Shown one piece after another: positions 8,860 to 18,304 of a stretch of 64,000 nucleotides of DNA. A model generated the notes under the pieces. It did not search any database. It had not been told where the DNA came from and was given only the letters and a program-made list of their open reading frames with translations. The stretch spans positions 1,408,001-1,472,000 of the forward strand of contig OZ244070.1 in assembly GCA_965215605.1 (NCBI GenBank), in the 5' to 3' direction. This stretch comes from an uncultured Candidatus Binatia bacterium (GTDB lineage: Bacteria > Desulfobacterota > Binatia > UBA9968 > JAJDTQ01). The translations under genes were made by a program, and so were the position numbers. Position 1 is the stretch's first letter. Every line of letters starts with the position of its first letter.

Positions 8860-9683
8860 TCAATCTCGAGCGGGCTCAGGACCGCCGCGCCACGATGGCG
8901 CGCGAGTTCGCCGCCGCCGGCCTTCGGTACGAGGTCAAGACGGCGGTGGACGGCCGCGAGCTCTCGGAGGACCAGCTCGCCCAGGTGGACCGGGACGGCC
9001 GGCGGCGCCTCGGCCTCCGGCCCCATGACAACGGCTCCATCGCCTGCTGGCTGAGCCATCGCGAGGTAATGCAGGATCTCGTGGCCAACGGCCCGGAGAT
9101 GGCGGCCGTGTTCGAGGACGACGCCCGGCTGACGCCGAAGCTCCCGGAGGTCCTCGACGCCCTGGAGGGCAAACCGTTCTCCTTCGATGTCGTCTCGCTG
9201 TACCGGGGACACCCCCGGCGCGCCTTCATCCCGTGTGCCTCGCTGACGGAAGACTGCGCCGCGGGCCGCGTGCGGTATTCGGACACGGGCACCGTGGGGT
9301 ACGTCATCACGCGCCAGGCCGCCGAGCACTTCCTGCGGAACAACTCCAGGATGGTGCTGGCCGTGGATCACGCCCTGTTCCGTTTCTGGGCCAGCGGCCT
9401 CAACACGTTCTACGTCGACCCGCCCGCGGTCCATCACGGCGGCGCGGCCGACTCCGATATACACGGAGACCGCCGCGCCGCCAGCGCGACGCAACGGGAC
9501 AACGACAGCTTACCGCTCATCCTGTGGCGGCGGGCGGTGGCCGGGGGCCGGCGTTCGGTGAGGAAGCGGCTGGCGTTCCGGAGGCTTCTGCACGGGGACA
9601 TCGGGGTGACGCGGTGGGCGAAGGAGTGCGAAGGGACCCCCGCGAAGGGACCTTCCGAGCGACGGGCAACGATCTCCAGGTAA
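8844..9683 (+). CDS. GT25-family glycosyltransferase
   Basis: INLERAQDRR, AVDGREL, IACWLSH, VFEDDA and GTVGYVIT motifs. Confidence 0.9.
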   Translation: MRIVLINLERAQDRRATMAREFAAAGLRYEVKTAVDGRELSEDQLAQVDRDGRRRLGLRPHDNGSIACWLSHREVMQDLVANGPEMAAVFEDDARLTPKLPEVLDALEGKPFSFDVVSLYRGHPRRAFIPCASLTEDCAAGRVRYSDTGTVGYVITRQAAEHFLRNNSRMVLAVDHALFRFWASGLNTFYVDPPAVHHGGAADSDIHGDRRAASATQRDNDSLPLILWRRAVAGGRRSVRKRLAFRRLLHGDIGVTRWAKECEGTPAKGPSERRATISR

Positions 9684-9695
9684 CGGGCCGAAGAG

Positions 9696-10463
9696 ATGAA
9701 GAGCCGCCAAGAATCGCTCAAAGAGTCCGCCAGGGACTTCTATCTGAACGCCGAGAGGTTCGCGGAATACGAGGCGAAATTCCGCAAGGGCAAGAATTTG
9801 CTCGATCATTGTATCGAGGACGAGTTGTTACGCCACGTGTTTACCCACTACGTGCGGACCCCTCCCCAAGTGCTCGAAATCGGCGCCTATTCCGGCCGCA
9901 TCACGCGGAAACTGAGCTCCTACGCGCCGCACATCACCGTCTCCGACACGTCGGCCGACCTCCTCCGTCACTTCGACCGTCCGACCCTGGTCCTGGACTT
10001 GGCGGCGGACCCCCATGACGTGGAGGCGGTGCACGCTTACGACGTCATCGTCTCCATAGGCCACCAAATCAGCCTTTCGTGCGCCATCTCCAACGCGATC
10101 GCGATCTTCGACCGCCTGCTGACGCCCGACGGGATACTGATCTTCGACATCTGGAACGACGCGCTGCCGGGAAAGTACGATCCGCCCTACGCCCTGGAGA
10201 AGGCCGGTCGCCCGCACGTACAGGAACTCCTTCGCCTCCAGGGTTTCCGTCTGCTCGAGTACCGGTCGGGTTGCCGTATCCCTTACCGCTTCCCGAAGAC
10301 GTTCTCCCGGCTGTTCAGGCGGAGCAGCAACCGTTTCCTGTTCTCCTGTCTGACGATGTTGGAGAGCCGCCTTTTTCAGTTCCGGCTGTTCGACGGCCGC
10401 GAACAGAACCAGTACTTCATCGCCGCAAGGTCGGCCGAAGCGGGCTCCGGAGCCGCCGACTGA
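9696..10463 (+). CDS. Class I SAM-dependent methyltransferase
   Basis: VLEIGAYSGR motif I, YDVIVS and LLTPDGILIF. Confidence 0.8.
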   Translation: MKSRQESLKESARDFYLNAERFAEYEAKFRKGKNLLDHCIEDELLRHVFTHYVRTPPQVLEIGAYSGRITRKLSSYAPHITVSDTSADLLRHFDRPTLVLDLAADPHDVEAVHAYDVIVSIGHQISLSCAISNAIAIFDRLLTPDGILIFDIWNDALPGKYDPPYALEKAGRPHVQELLRLQGFRLLEYRSGCRIPYRFPKTFSRLFRRSSNRFLFSCLTMLESRLFQFRLFDGREQNQYFIAARSAEAGSGAAD

Positions 10464-10485
10464 CCACCCTGCCGCACCTGCCGCC

Positions 10486-11337
10486 ATGGGTAATTTCGTC
10501 CTCACAAACGACCCGGACCACGGGCTCCTGCCAAACTACCGCAAGGTGTTCCGCGAATTGAGCAGACACGAGATCTTCGTCACCACATCAGTCTTTTGTA
10601 CCCTGAAGGACGACGGCTCACCCCTGTCGAGACACTGCCGCGCGAACGAAACCGACTGCCTCGCCAATGATGCGTACCGGGACTTCATGCTGGAGCTCAA
10701 GGATTTCGGGCACGAGATTGCGTATCACGGGTACTCCCAGGTCAGCGACACGCGCGACGAGTTCCAGGAAGGAATCGAACAATTCCATCGAGCCTTGAAG
10801 GAGTACCCGAAGATATACGTTGAACACGGCGGCCATCCCGAAAATCAACCGCCGGGGATGTGCAAGAAAGAGAACCTCAAGGTGCAAGGATCCTCGCCGG
10901 ACAGCCCGCATTTCGTGAAGGATGTCGTGAGGGACGTGTTCGACCTGGTCTGGACTCATGACTACCTCCTCGACGGAGACGATCCTCCACTCCCCGCAAA
11001 GGACATCTTTCAGATGCAGGACGGAATCCGCTACTTCAGGAGATGGGCGCTGGCGGATGTCGAAGAACTGTTGACCGGGCTGTCCGGAAACCGGAATACA
11101 ATCGTGGGGTATACCCACTTCGGCTACCGCGGGTATGAACCGCGACCGTGGTATAGAAAACCCTTCCGAAAGGAATCCTGGCTTGGAAAGCCTCCTCCCC
11201 ATGGTCTGGAATGGTGGAGCAACAGGAGCCTGCGCAAGACGGCGAGTCTATTGGCAGAACTTCTGAATGGACATGATTTGAAAAGCCTTACCCTTTCCGG
11301 TTTGTGGAGGGCGACGACAGGGAGCACGAGGACGTGA
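10486..11337 (+). CDS. Polysaccharide deacetylase-like protein
   Basis: LTNDPD and GHEIAYHGYS motifs, within the glycan operon. Confidence 0.6.
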   Translation: MGNFVLTNDPDHGLLPNYRKVFRELSRHEIFVTTSVFCTLKDDGSPLSRHCRANETDCLANDAYRDFMLELKDFGHEIAYHGYSQVSDTRDEFQEGIEQFHRALKEYPKIYVEHGGHPENQPPGMCKKENLKVQGSSPDSPHFVKDVVRDVFDLVWTHDYLLDGDDPPLPAKDIFQMQDGIRYFRRWALADVEELLTGLSGNRNTIVGYTHFGYRGYEPRPWYRKPFRKESWLGKPPPHGLEWWSNRSLRKTASLLAELLNGHDLKSLTLSGLWRATTGSTRT

Positions 11338-12320
11338 CGGTCAAACTCGACATCCTTCTGCTGCAACCGGACTTCAGCCGGTACAAGGGCGCGTACTACC
11401 AGCACCAGTTCACCCAGGCGTTGGCGCGGGTTCATCGGGTGTTCCGGTACGGCCCGAAGCTGGACGGATACGACCCGGCGCATACCATCGACGACGTCCT
11501 GAAGCTCTGTCCTTTCGAACCCCAGCTCATCTGCTTCGGCGCCGGCTGGGAGGTGGAGGACCCGACCATTCCGGAGGTCGATCCCCACCCGGCCATCAAT
11601 GTCGCCAAGGCCGGGGTGCCCAGCGTGCTGGTGCTCAACAAGGAGTACAAGAAGCTCGAAGAGAAGTTCCGCTTCGTGCAGGACAACCGGATCCGGCTGG
11701 TTTTCACGACCCACCACAACTACAATGCCTGGGAAGGCGAGGTGGGCGTCCCCTTCATCCACTTTCCCTTCGCGGTGGACCCGGAACTGTTCCAGGACTA
11801 CGGCGAGAGGAAGCGGTACTCCTTCGGCTTCTCGGGCTCCCTGCACACGCAGTGGACCGATGTCAGGGCCCGGGTCAAGGACCGCATGTTCTGGAAGTGG
11901 CCGATCAAGCGGCCGCGGTATTGGGGCATGAGGGTCTTCTGGTCCGAGGGGGGGCGGCTGCGTATCTTCCGGCTGCCGCTCAACGAAGACTACGCCCGCA
12001 CCATCGGACGGAGCAGGATCTGGCTGTCGACGCCCAGCGCCGTGGAACTGGTGGGGACCCGGTTCTACGAGATCATGGCCGTGAAGAGCCTGCTCATGTG
12101 CAGCCGGTCCCCGGCGTACCAGGGCCTGTTCGAGGAGGGCAAGCACTGCGTGATGTTCGACCCGGATCTCGGCGACTTCGACGACACGCTGTTCCACTAC
12201 CTGCGGCACGAGGACGAACGGGAGGCAATCGTGGACGCCGCATACGATCACGTCCTCCGGGAACACACCTGGGAGAGGCGGATCGAACAATTTACCGAGG
12301 CGGTCACGGCGATTCTCTGA
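11334..12320 (+). CDS. Glycosyltransferase, CgeB/Glyco_trans_1_2-like
   Basis: PFAVDPELF, GTRFYEIMA and HTWERRIE motifs. GTGA overlap at 11334. Confidence 0.85.
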   Translation: MTVKLDILLLQPDFSRYKGAYYQHQFTQALARVHRVFRYGPKLDGYDPAHTIDDVLKLCPFEPQLICFGAGWEVEDPTIPEVDPHPAINVAKAGVPSVLVLNKEYKKLEEKFRFVQDNRIRLVFTTHHNYNAWEGEVGVPFIHFPFAVDPELFQDYGERKRYSFGFSGSLHTQWTDVRARVKDRMFWKWPIKRPRYWGMRVFWSEGGRLRIFRLPLNEDYARTIGRSRIWLSTPSAVELVGTRFYEIMAVKSLLMCSRSPAYQGLFEEGKHCVMFDPDLGDFDDTLFHYLRHEDEREAIVDAAYDHVLREHTWERRIEQFTEAVTAIL

Positions 12321-12340
12321 CGCCGGGCGAGGCGGAGGCC

Positions 12341-13402
12341 ATGGAGACGGTATACGACCATTATGAAGACAAACGCGTGCTGGTGACCGGGGGAGCCGGC
12401 GCCATCGGGTCGAATCTGACCCGGAGGCTGGTGGAGCTGGGCGCGAGGGTGACCATCCTCGACGACCTGTCCTCGGCCGAACGCTGGAACGTCCCGTCCT
12501 CCCCCAACGTGTTGTTCGTGGAGGCGAGCATCCTGGACGAGGTGGTGCTCAAGCGGGTCTTCTTCGAGCGGCCGGACGTCGTCTATCACCTGGCGGCGTT
12601 CTTCGCGAACCAGAACTCGGTGGACCATCCGGAGCGGGACCTGGAGGTCAACGGCATGGGAACGCTCAGGCTGCTTCAGTACGCCTCGCTGGCCGGCGTC
12701 CAACGCTTCGTGTACGCGTCGTCGGGATGCTCCATCTACGGCGGCGACGCGCCCCTGCCGTTGCGCGAGGAGTTCGTCTCCCTTCATCTGAGCACGCCCT
12801 ACCAGGCCACCAAGATGCTGGGGGAACTGTACGGCAACTTCTTCTACCACCACTACGGACTGAAGGTGGTGAAACCCAGGTTCTTCAACTCCTACGGACC
12901 GGGCGAAGTGCCGGGACAGTACCGCAACGTGATACCGAACTTCATCTACTGGGCAATGAAGGGACTGCCGCTGCCCATCACCGGCAACGGGGACGAAACC
13001 CGGGACTTCACCTTCGTGGGCGACATCGTCGACGGGCTGCTGCGGGCGGGCGTCGCGGAGGAGGCCGTCGGGCAGGAGTTCAACCTGGCATCCGGCCGCG
13101 AGACCCGGATCGGCGATCTGGCCGAGATGGTCAACGCGGCCACCGGCAACAAAGCCGGGGTCCATTTCGTCTCACGGCGGAAATGGGACACCAAGAGCAG
13201 GCTACTGGCGTCGGTGGACCGGGCGCGGGAGCTGATCGGCTACGAGCCCGGCACCGGCTTCGAAGAGGGGCTTGCGCTGACGGTGGCGTGGTTCAAGGAC
13301 AACTGGCAGCTCATCGACGGCGGCGCCCGTTTCCAGCCGGGCGCGTCCGCCGCGGTCCGCGAGGTCGCCGGCCCCCACACCGCGGGGAAAGCCGGCGGCT
13401 AG
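12341..13402 (+). CDS. NAD-dependent nucleotide-sugar epimerase/dehydratase
   Basis: VTGGAGAIGS, YQATK (YxxxK), RFFNSYGP and TRDFTFVGD. ATG follows ggagg. Confidence 0.92.
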   Translation: METVYDHYEDKRVLVTGGAGAIGSNLTRRLVELGARVTILDDLSSAERWNVPSSPNVLFVEASILDEVVLKRVFFERPDVVYHLAAFFANQNSVDHPERDLEVNGMGTLRLLQYASLAGVQRFVYASSGCSIYGGDAPLPLREEFVSLHLSTPYQATKMLGELYGNFFYHHYGLKVVKPRFFNSYGPGEVPGQYRNVIPNFIYWAMKGLPLPITGNGDETRDFTFVGDIVDGLLRAGVAEEAVGQEFNLASGRETRIGDLAEMVNAATGNKAGVHFVSRRKWDTKSRLLASVDRARELIGYEPGTGFEEGLALTVAWFKDNWQLIDGGARFQPGASAAVREVAGPHTAGKAGG

Positions 13403-13418
13403 ACCACAACCCCCTGCC

Positions 13419-14603
13419 ATGACCTCATCGCGCAAGCCCACCAGGGTCCTCGCCGTCTTCGGCACCCGTCCCGAGGCGATCAAGATGAGCCCGATCCTCC
13501 ACGTGCTCCATGCCAGGGCCGCAAGCGGGGACCCGGTTCGTCATGCGGTGTGCGTCACGGCCCAACACCGCGAAATGCTGGACCAGGTGCTGGAACTGTT
13601 CGGCATCCGGCCCGACCACGACCTGGACCTGATGACCGAGGACCAGACGCCCACGGCGGTCGCGGCCGCGGCCCTGGGCAGGATCGAGCCGGTGCTCGCG
13701 GCCGAGGAGCCCGACTGGGTCCTGGTGCAGGGAGACACCAACACCACGGCGGCCGCTGCGCTGGCCGCGCACTACTCGCGGGTGCGGGTGGCCCACGTGG
13801 AGGCCGGGCTCCGGACCCACGACCGCTGGCAACCGTTTCCGGAGGAGACCAACCGGAGGATCGTCAGCGCCGTCGCCGACCTGCACTTCGCTCCCACGGA
13901 GGCGGCCCGGCGCAACCTCCTGAACGAGGGCGTCCCGGAGGAATCCATCATCGTCACCGGCAACACGGCCATCGACGCCCTCGACCACGTCCTGTCCACG
14001 CCGCCGCCCCCGGGCGTCCGCGACATCCTGGCGCGGGCGGCCGGCTCCGGCCGGCCGGACCGGGACAAGCTGATCCTGGTCACCGCTCACAGGCGCGAGA
14101 ACCTGGGGGAACCGCTGGTCCGTATCTGCACGGCCATCCGGGAGTTGGCATCCCTGTATCCCGGACTCCAGGTGGTCTTTCCCGTGCACATGAACCCCGC
14201 TGTCCGGGAAACCGTCAACCGGATACTCGCGGGCATCAAAAACGTCCAACTGACGGCGCCGCTGGACTACGCCTCCATGGTGCACCTGATAGACGCCGCC
14301 TACCTCGTCCTGACCGATTCCGGCGGAATCCAGGAGGAGGCGCCCAGCCTGGGCGCGCCGGTGCTGGTCATGCGCGAGGTCACGGAGCGTTCGGAGGGCG
14401 TCGACGCCGGCGTCGCGAGGCTCGTCGGGACGGACACCCGGCGGATCGTGGACGCCGCAAGAAGCCTGCTGGAGGACCGGCGCGAGTACGAGGGGATGAC
14501 CACCGCGGTCAACCCGTACGGCGACGGCCGCTCCAGCCCCCGCATCGTCCGCGCCCTGCTCGGCGAGCCCGCCGGGGAATTCACCGGCGCGCCCCTGCGC
14601 TGA
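13419..14603 (+). CDS. wecB: UDP-N-acetylglucosamine 2-epimerase (non-hydrolysing)
   Basis: FGTRPEAIKM, VQGDT, HVEAGLRT, TAHRREN, TDSGGIQEEAP and NPYGDG. Confidence 0.95.
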   Translation: MTSSRKPTRVLAVFGTRPEAIKMSPILHVLHARAASGDPVRHAVCVTAQHREMLDQVLELFGIRPDHDLDLMTEDQTPTAVAAAALGRIEPVLAAEEPDWVLVQGDTNTTAAAALAAHYSRVRVAHVEAGLRTHDRWQPFPEETNRRIVSAVADLHFAPTEAARRNLLNEGVPEESIIVTGNTAIDALDHVLSTPPPPGVRDILARAAGSGRPDRDKLILVTAHRRENLGEPLVRICTAIRELASLYPGLQVVFPVHMNPAVRETVNRILAGIKNVQLTAPLDYASMVHLIDAAYLVLTDSGGIQEEAPSLGAPVLVMREVTERSEGVDAGVARLVGTDTRRIVDAARSLLEDRREYEGMTTAVNPYGDGRSSPRIVRALLGEPAGEFTGAPLR

Positions 14604-14604
14604 C

Positions 14605-15738
14605 ATGCATTTCCTGTACACGGCCCCCAGGTTCCACACCAACCAACACTTCGCGGTGAAGGCCCTCCTCGACGCGGGGCACGAGGTCTCCTTCCTCGCC
14701 CTCGCGCGCGGGCAGAGCGAGGAATACCAGGCGTTGGACCCGACGGTGCTGGGGTTCTCGCCGGCCCAGGAAAGAATTGCGCGAGCCCTCGGAGGGAAGC
14801 GGCACGACACTCGATGGCCGTCGACGCGGCTACCGCCGCCTCGCGCCCTGTGGGAGGAACTGCGGCGACGGCGGCCCTCGGTGGTGATCGTCCGCGATCC
14901 CCTTTCCGCCTACGGACGGCTGGCGGCCTTCATGGCCGCGGTGCTGGGTCACCGTTTGATCCTGTATACCCAGGTTCCCCTGCATCACCCCCTGGGCCGC
15001 AGGGTGAAGCGATGGCGGAAGTTCGCGACTTCCGCGATGCTCCGGATGAAGGGAGCTCATTGGATCACCCCCGTGCTCGGTGCGGCGGACAGACACCCGG
15101 CTCCCCGCAACTGGCACTACCTGCCGTTCGTGATGGAGCCCCAGACCGCGCCCGACAAGAGGTCGTGGTTTCCCGACGACACCGTCCGCATCCTGACCGT
15201 GGGGAAATATGAGCCCCGGAAGAACCACGACCTGCTGCTTCAGATGGTGGCGAAACTGTCCCGACGGCATCCGGTACGCTGCACGGTGCTCGGCGAATGC
15301 AGCAACTCCGACCAGGAACAGCAGTTGGCCCGCCTTCGGGACCATGCCGCCGAGTTGGGGCTTGGCGAGCATGTTTCGTTCAAGGTCAACCTGCCCTTCT
15401 TCGAAGCGCAGGACGAGTACCGGCGACACGACGTGTTCGTGCTGGCCAGCCGCAGGGAAGCCGCGGCGGTGTCGCCGCTGGAGGCCATGGCGCACTCGCT
15501 TCCGGTGGTGTGCAGCGATTCCAACGGCACCGAATGCTACATCCGGCCCGGCGAGAACGGGTTGGTGTTCCGGACGGACGACGAAGCGGACCTGGAAGCT
15601 TGCCTGGAAAGGATTGTCGGGGACCGCGAGGGGTTGGTCCGGATGGGAGCGCGCGGTTACGAAATCGTGGTGGACGAACATGCCCCCGGGCGGTACGTCG
15701 AGGCGCTGCTGTCCATCGTCGAGGGGCGCCGCGGGTAG
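14605..15738 (+). CDS. GT4-family glycosyltransferase
   Basis: VGKYEPRKNH and FVLASRREAAAVSPLEAMAH. Confidence 0.88.
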   Translation: MHFLYTAPRFHTNQHFAVKALLDAGHEVSFLALARGQSEEYQALDPTVLGFSPAQERIARALGGKRHDTRWPSTRLPPPRALWEELRRRRPSVVIVRDPLSAYGRLAAFMAAVLGHRLILYTQVPLHHPLGRRVKRWRKFATSAMLRMKGAHWITPVLGAADRHPAPRNWHYLPFVMEPQTAPDKRSWFPDDTVRILTVGKYEPRKNHDLLLQMVAKLSRRHPVRCTVLGECSNSDQEQQLARLRDHAAELGLGEHVSFKVNLPFFEAQDEYRRHDVFVLASRREAAAVSPLEAMAHSLPVVCSDSNGTECYIRPGENGLVFRTDDEADLEACLERIVGDREGLVRMGARGYEIVVDEHAPGRYVEALLSIVEGRRG

Positions 15739-15938
15739 GGTCGTCGCCCTAGCTCGCCGTCATTTGAGGCGGACCCCGACTACCGGTTCGAGGGTCTCGG
15801 CAACCTTGTTCGCAAAGCCCGCACCGACTTCGGTGCCATCGTCAAGTTTGTGGATGTCGAGAAGCCTCCGGGTCTGGCGCACCTTGCCTTAGGGTCCTTG
15901 AAGATGCTTCGCGGCGTACAGGGGACTGGAATACTCTC

Positions 15939-15967
15939 TTGTCCTCCGCCGGTGGAATAGCTATGAT
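15939..15967 (+). promoter_or_regulatory. Putative sigma70 promoter, probably leaderless transcript
   Basis: TTGTCC-17 bp-TATGAT ends 6 nt before ATG 15974. The same geometry occurs at 21827-21855. Confidence 0.55.
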
Positions 15968-15970
15968 TGG

Positions 15971-16390
15971 ATGATGACCGAGGCCATCGCCTTCGACACT
16001 CATCGCTTCGTCAAACGCCTGACCGAGAGCGGCTTCACCGAGAAGCAGGCCGAGACGCTAGCCGAAGAGCACGTCGCCCTCCTCAATACCAACCTCGCCA
16101 CCAAGGCCGATGTCGAAGCGTTGCGGCAGGAAACCAAGGCTGGCATCGATGCCCTGCGGCAGGAAACCAGGGCTGGCATTGATGCCCTGCGGCAGGAAAC
16201 CAAGGCTGCCATTGATGCCCTGCGGCAGGAAACCAGGGCCGACATCGCCAGGGTTGAGGCCGGTATCGAAGCGCTGCGGCAGGAAACCAAGGCTGCCATT
16301 GAGGCGGTGAAAGCCGACCTTGTGAAATGGCTGTTCGGCGGGATGATCGCCCAGGGCGGCCTAATCGTCGCGCTCGTCAAACTTCTTTAG
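15971..16390 (+). CDS. DUF1640/CCDC90-like membrane-anchored coiled-coil protein, copy 1
   Basis: FDTHRFVKRL..GF...QAE head, LATKADV neck, ALRQETKAGID repeats and a C-terminal TM helix. The start may be 15974. Confidence 0.85.
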   Translation: MMTEAIAFDTHRFVKRLTESGFTEKQAETLAEEHVALLNTNLATKADVEALRQETKAGIDALRQETRAGIDALRQETKAAIDALRQETRADIARVEAGIEALRQETKAAIEAVKADLVKWLFGGMIAQGGLIVALVKLL

Positions 16391-16488
16391 CCGCGCGCTT
16401 CTCCCAAAGGCATCGAGACGTTTGCGATCACGATTTTCTCCGATGAGTCAGTGGGTTGCAGACCTCCAACTGGCCCGTTCGCCGCGCC
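16391..16488. repeat. Non-coding element shared downstream of both DUF1640-like genes
   Basis: 16391-16418 is identical to 22321-22348. 16419-16488 closely matches 22464-22533. Confidence 0.9.
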
Positions 16489-16494
16489 AGGGCC

Positions 16495-16619
16495 GTGTCG
16501 CCCCCCGGAGGCCATGGCGCACTCGCGTCCGAATGAGCGCGCACGGTTACGAGATCGTGGTCGACGAACACGCCCTCGGGAAGTACGTCGACGCGTTGCT
16601 GTCGATCATCGATGCCTAG
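16495..16619 (+). pseudogene. Degenerate duplicate of the 3' end of the GT4 gene 14605-15738
   Basis: Matches ~15469-15504 joined to ~15643-15723 (MSAHGYEIVVDEHALGKYVDALLSII vs MGARGYEIVVDEHAPGRYVEALLSIV). Confidence 0.85.
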
Positions 16620-16641
16620 CGTCCCATGGAGTTGCTCTGAC

Positions 16642-16905
16642 ATGAGATTCTTGGTCGGTTTCGTTTCGTTCGTGTCCTCCATCGCCGCCGCCGGGCCGGC
16701 GCACGCCTATCTCGATCCAGGTTCCGTGAGCTTGTGGATCCAGGGGATCGTGGCCGCCTTGGCCGGGGTCGCCCTCACCTGGAAGCACTGGTACTGGCGA
16801 CTGCGGAGCTTTTTCGGCCGGAACGGGCAGCGAAAGTCGAAGGCCGACAACTCGGGCAGCAACCCGCGCGCCCCTGAAAATGAGGGAACCCTCTCTGGTG
16901 GATAG
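16642..16905 (+). CDS. Small membrane protein with AHA-YLDPG motif
   Basis: Signal-like N-terminus ending AHA, then YLDPGS, a hydrophobic helix and a basic tail. Overlaps the next gene. Confidence 0.7.
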   Translation: MRFLVGFVSFVSSIAAAGPAHAYLDPGSVSLWIQGIVAALAGVALTWKHWYWRLRSFFGRNGQRKSKADNSGSNPRAPENEGTLSGG

Positions 16906-18304
16906 AGCGGGCGGCTCGTTCCGCGATCCGGAAGGGCACGTCTTCATCGCCTCGGACCGGGTCTTCAGGGGCATCGCGCACCAGGCCGCGGATCGTCTCC
17001 GCGCTTTTCTCCGGTCCGACTTCTTCAGGGAGCGCACCGGCACGCGCATCGTCGAAACACGAGAGGTCGCCCCGGAGGTGGCGATGGCGGCGGGCGTTCC
17101 CGAATCCGAGGTCCGTGCCTGGGCCATGTGGGTAGAGCACGAAACGCTCCCCCTGATCACCTATCCCTACGAGTGGTCCTTCGAGTCTTTGAAGCAGGCG
17201 GCATGTCTCACCCTGGACCTGCTCGTGGACGCTCTCAGGAACGGCTACACGCTGAAGGACGCCTCGGCCTTCAACGTGCAGTTCATCGGTTCCCGCCCGA
17301 TATTCATCGATGTGCTCTCGTTTACCGAGTACGAGGAGGGGGCTCCCTTTCTCGGCTACAAGCAGTTCTGCGAGCAGTTCTTCGCGCCGTTGTGCCTGAC
17401 CGCGTTCGCCGGCATCGAGTTCAACCCGTGGTTCCGGGGACGGCTTGACGGCCTCGACCTCATCGAGGTGTCGCGGGCACTCCCGTTCGCCACCCGCTGC
17501 CGGCCGCAGGTGTTGATGCACGTTCATTCCCAGGCGTGGGCGATGCGGAAACTGGGGTCCTCGTCGGCGGAAGCGGGCGCGATCAGGAACCGGCGCCGGA
17601 TTCCGCGCCGGAACCTGATCGCGCTCACCGACAACCTCCGGCGGTACACCGGAGGGCTGGCGCGCGGCGGGCGCACCTACTGGCAGAAATACGCGGCCCA
17701 CAACTCCTATGACGACCGGTCCCGGACGAGCAAGACGCGTACGGCGCGAGACTTCGTGACGAAAACCAAACCGGCGCTACTCCTGGACCTGGGCTGCAAC
17801 ACCGGCGAGTACTCGAAGGTTGCCATCGACGCCGGCGCCCGCGCGGTGGTCGGCGTCGACAGCGATGGCGGGGCGCTGGAGGTGGCCGCCACCGAGGCCC
17901 GGCGCGACGGTTGGCCGGCACAGTTCCTCTTCTGGGACATCGCAAATCCATCGCCCGACCTGGGGTGGCTGCGGGAAGAGAGGCCAGCCCTGGAGAAACG
18001 GCTGAGCGGGGTGGACGCCGTGTTCTGCTTCGCGCTCATCCACCATCTCGTCATCGGCCGGAACATTCCCATGGAAGAGTTCGTTCGATGGGTCTGCGGC
18101 CTGGCGTCAAGGGGGCTGATTGAATTCGTCCCGAAACCGGATCCGATGGCCCAGGGTCTCCTGCGCGACCGCGATGACGTCTTCGAGGGGTATGATAGGG
18201 AGAACTTCGAACGGGCCCTTGAAGAACACGCTGAGATCGTGACGGTCCATGACCTGGATCCGACCACGAGGACCGTCTTCGAATTCCGGAGACTCGAGCC
18301 ATGA
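16880..18304 (+). CDS. NoeA-like protein: kinase-like N-terminal domain plus class I SAM methyltransferase
   Basis: SFRDP, YPYEWSF, LKDASAFN and IFIDVLSF in the N-half; LLDLGCNTG and ALIHHL in the C-half. Confidence 0.8.
   Translation: MREPSLVDRAGGSFRDPEGHVFIASDRVFRGIAHQAADRLRAFLRSDFFRERTGTRIVETREVAPEVAMAAGVPESEVRAWAMWVEHETLPLITYPYEWSFESLKQAACLTLDLLVDALRNGYTLKDASAFNVQFIGSRPIFIDVLSFTEYEEGAPFLGYKQFCEQFFAPLCLTAFAGIEFNPWFRGRLDGLDLIEVSRALPFATRCRPQVLMHVHSQAWAMRKLGSSSAEAGAIRNRRRIPRRNLIALTDNLRRYTGGLARGGRTYWQKYAAHNSYDDRSRTSKTRTARDFVTKTKPALLLDLGCNTGEYSKVAIDAGARAVVGVDSDGGALEVAATEARRDGWPAQFLFWDIANPSPDLGWLREERPALEKRLSGVDAVFCFALIHHLVIGRNIPMEEFVRWVCGLASRGLIEFVPKPDPMAQGLLRDRDDVFEGYDRENFERALEEHAEIVTVHDLDPTTRTVFEFRRLEP

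Noticed and set aside
15745-15930. Possible gene remnant upstream of the first DUF1640-like gene
   Set aside because: The minus-strand translation is interrupted by a stop and shows no motif I recognise.
16110-16300. Tandem repeats here and at ~22000-22230 as a CRISPR array
   Set aside because: The repeats are in-frame coding units with no unique spacers, and there are no cas genes.
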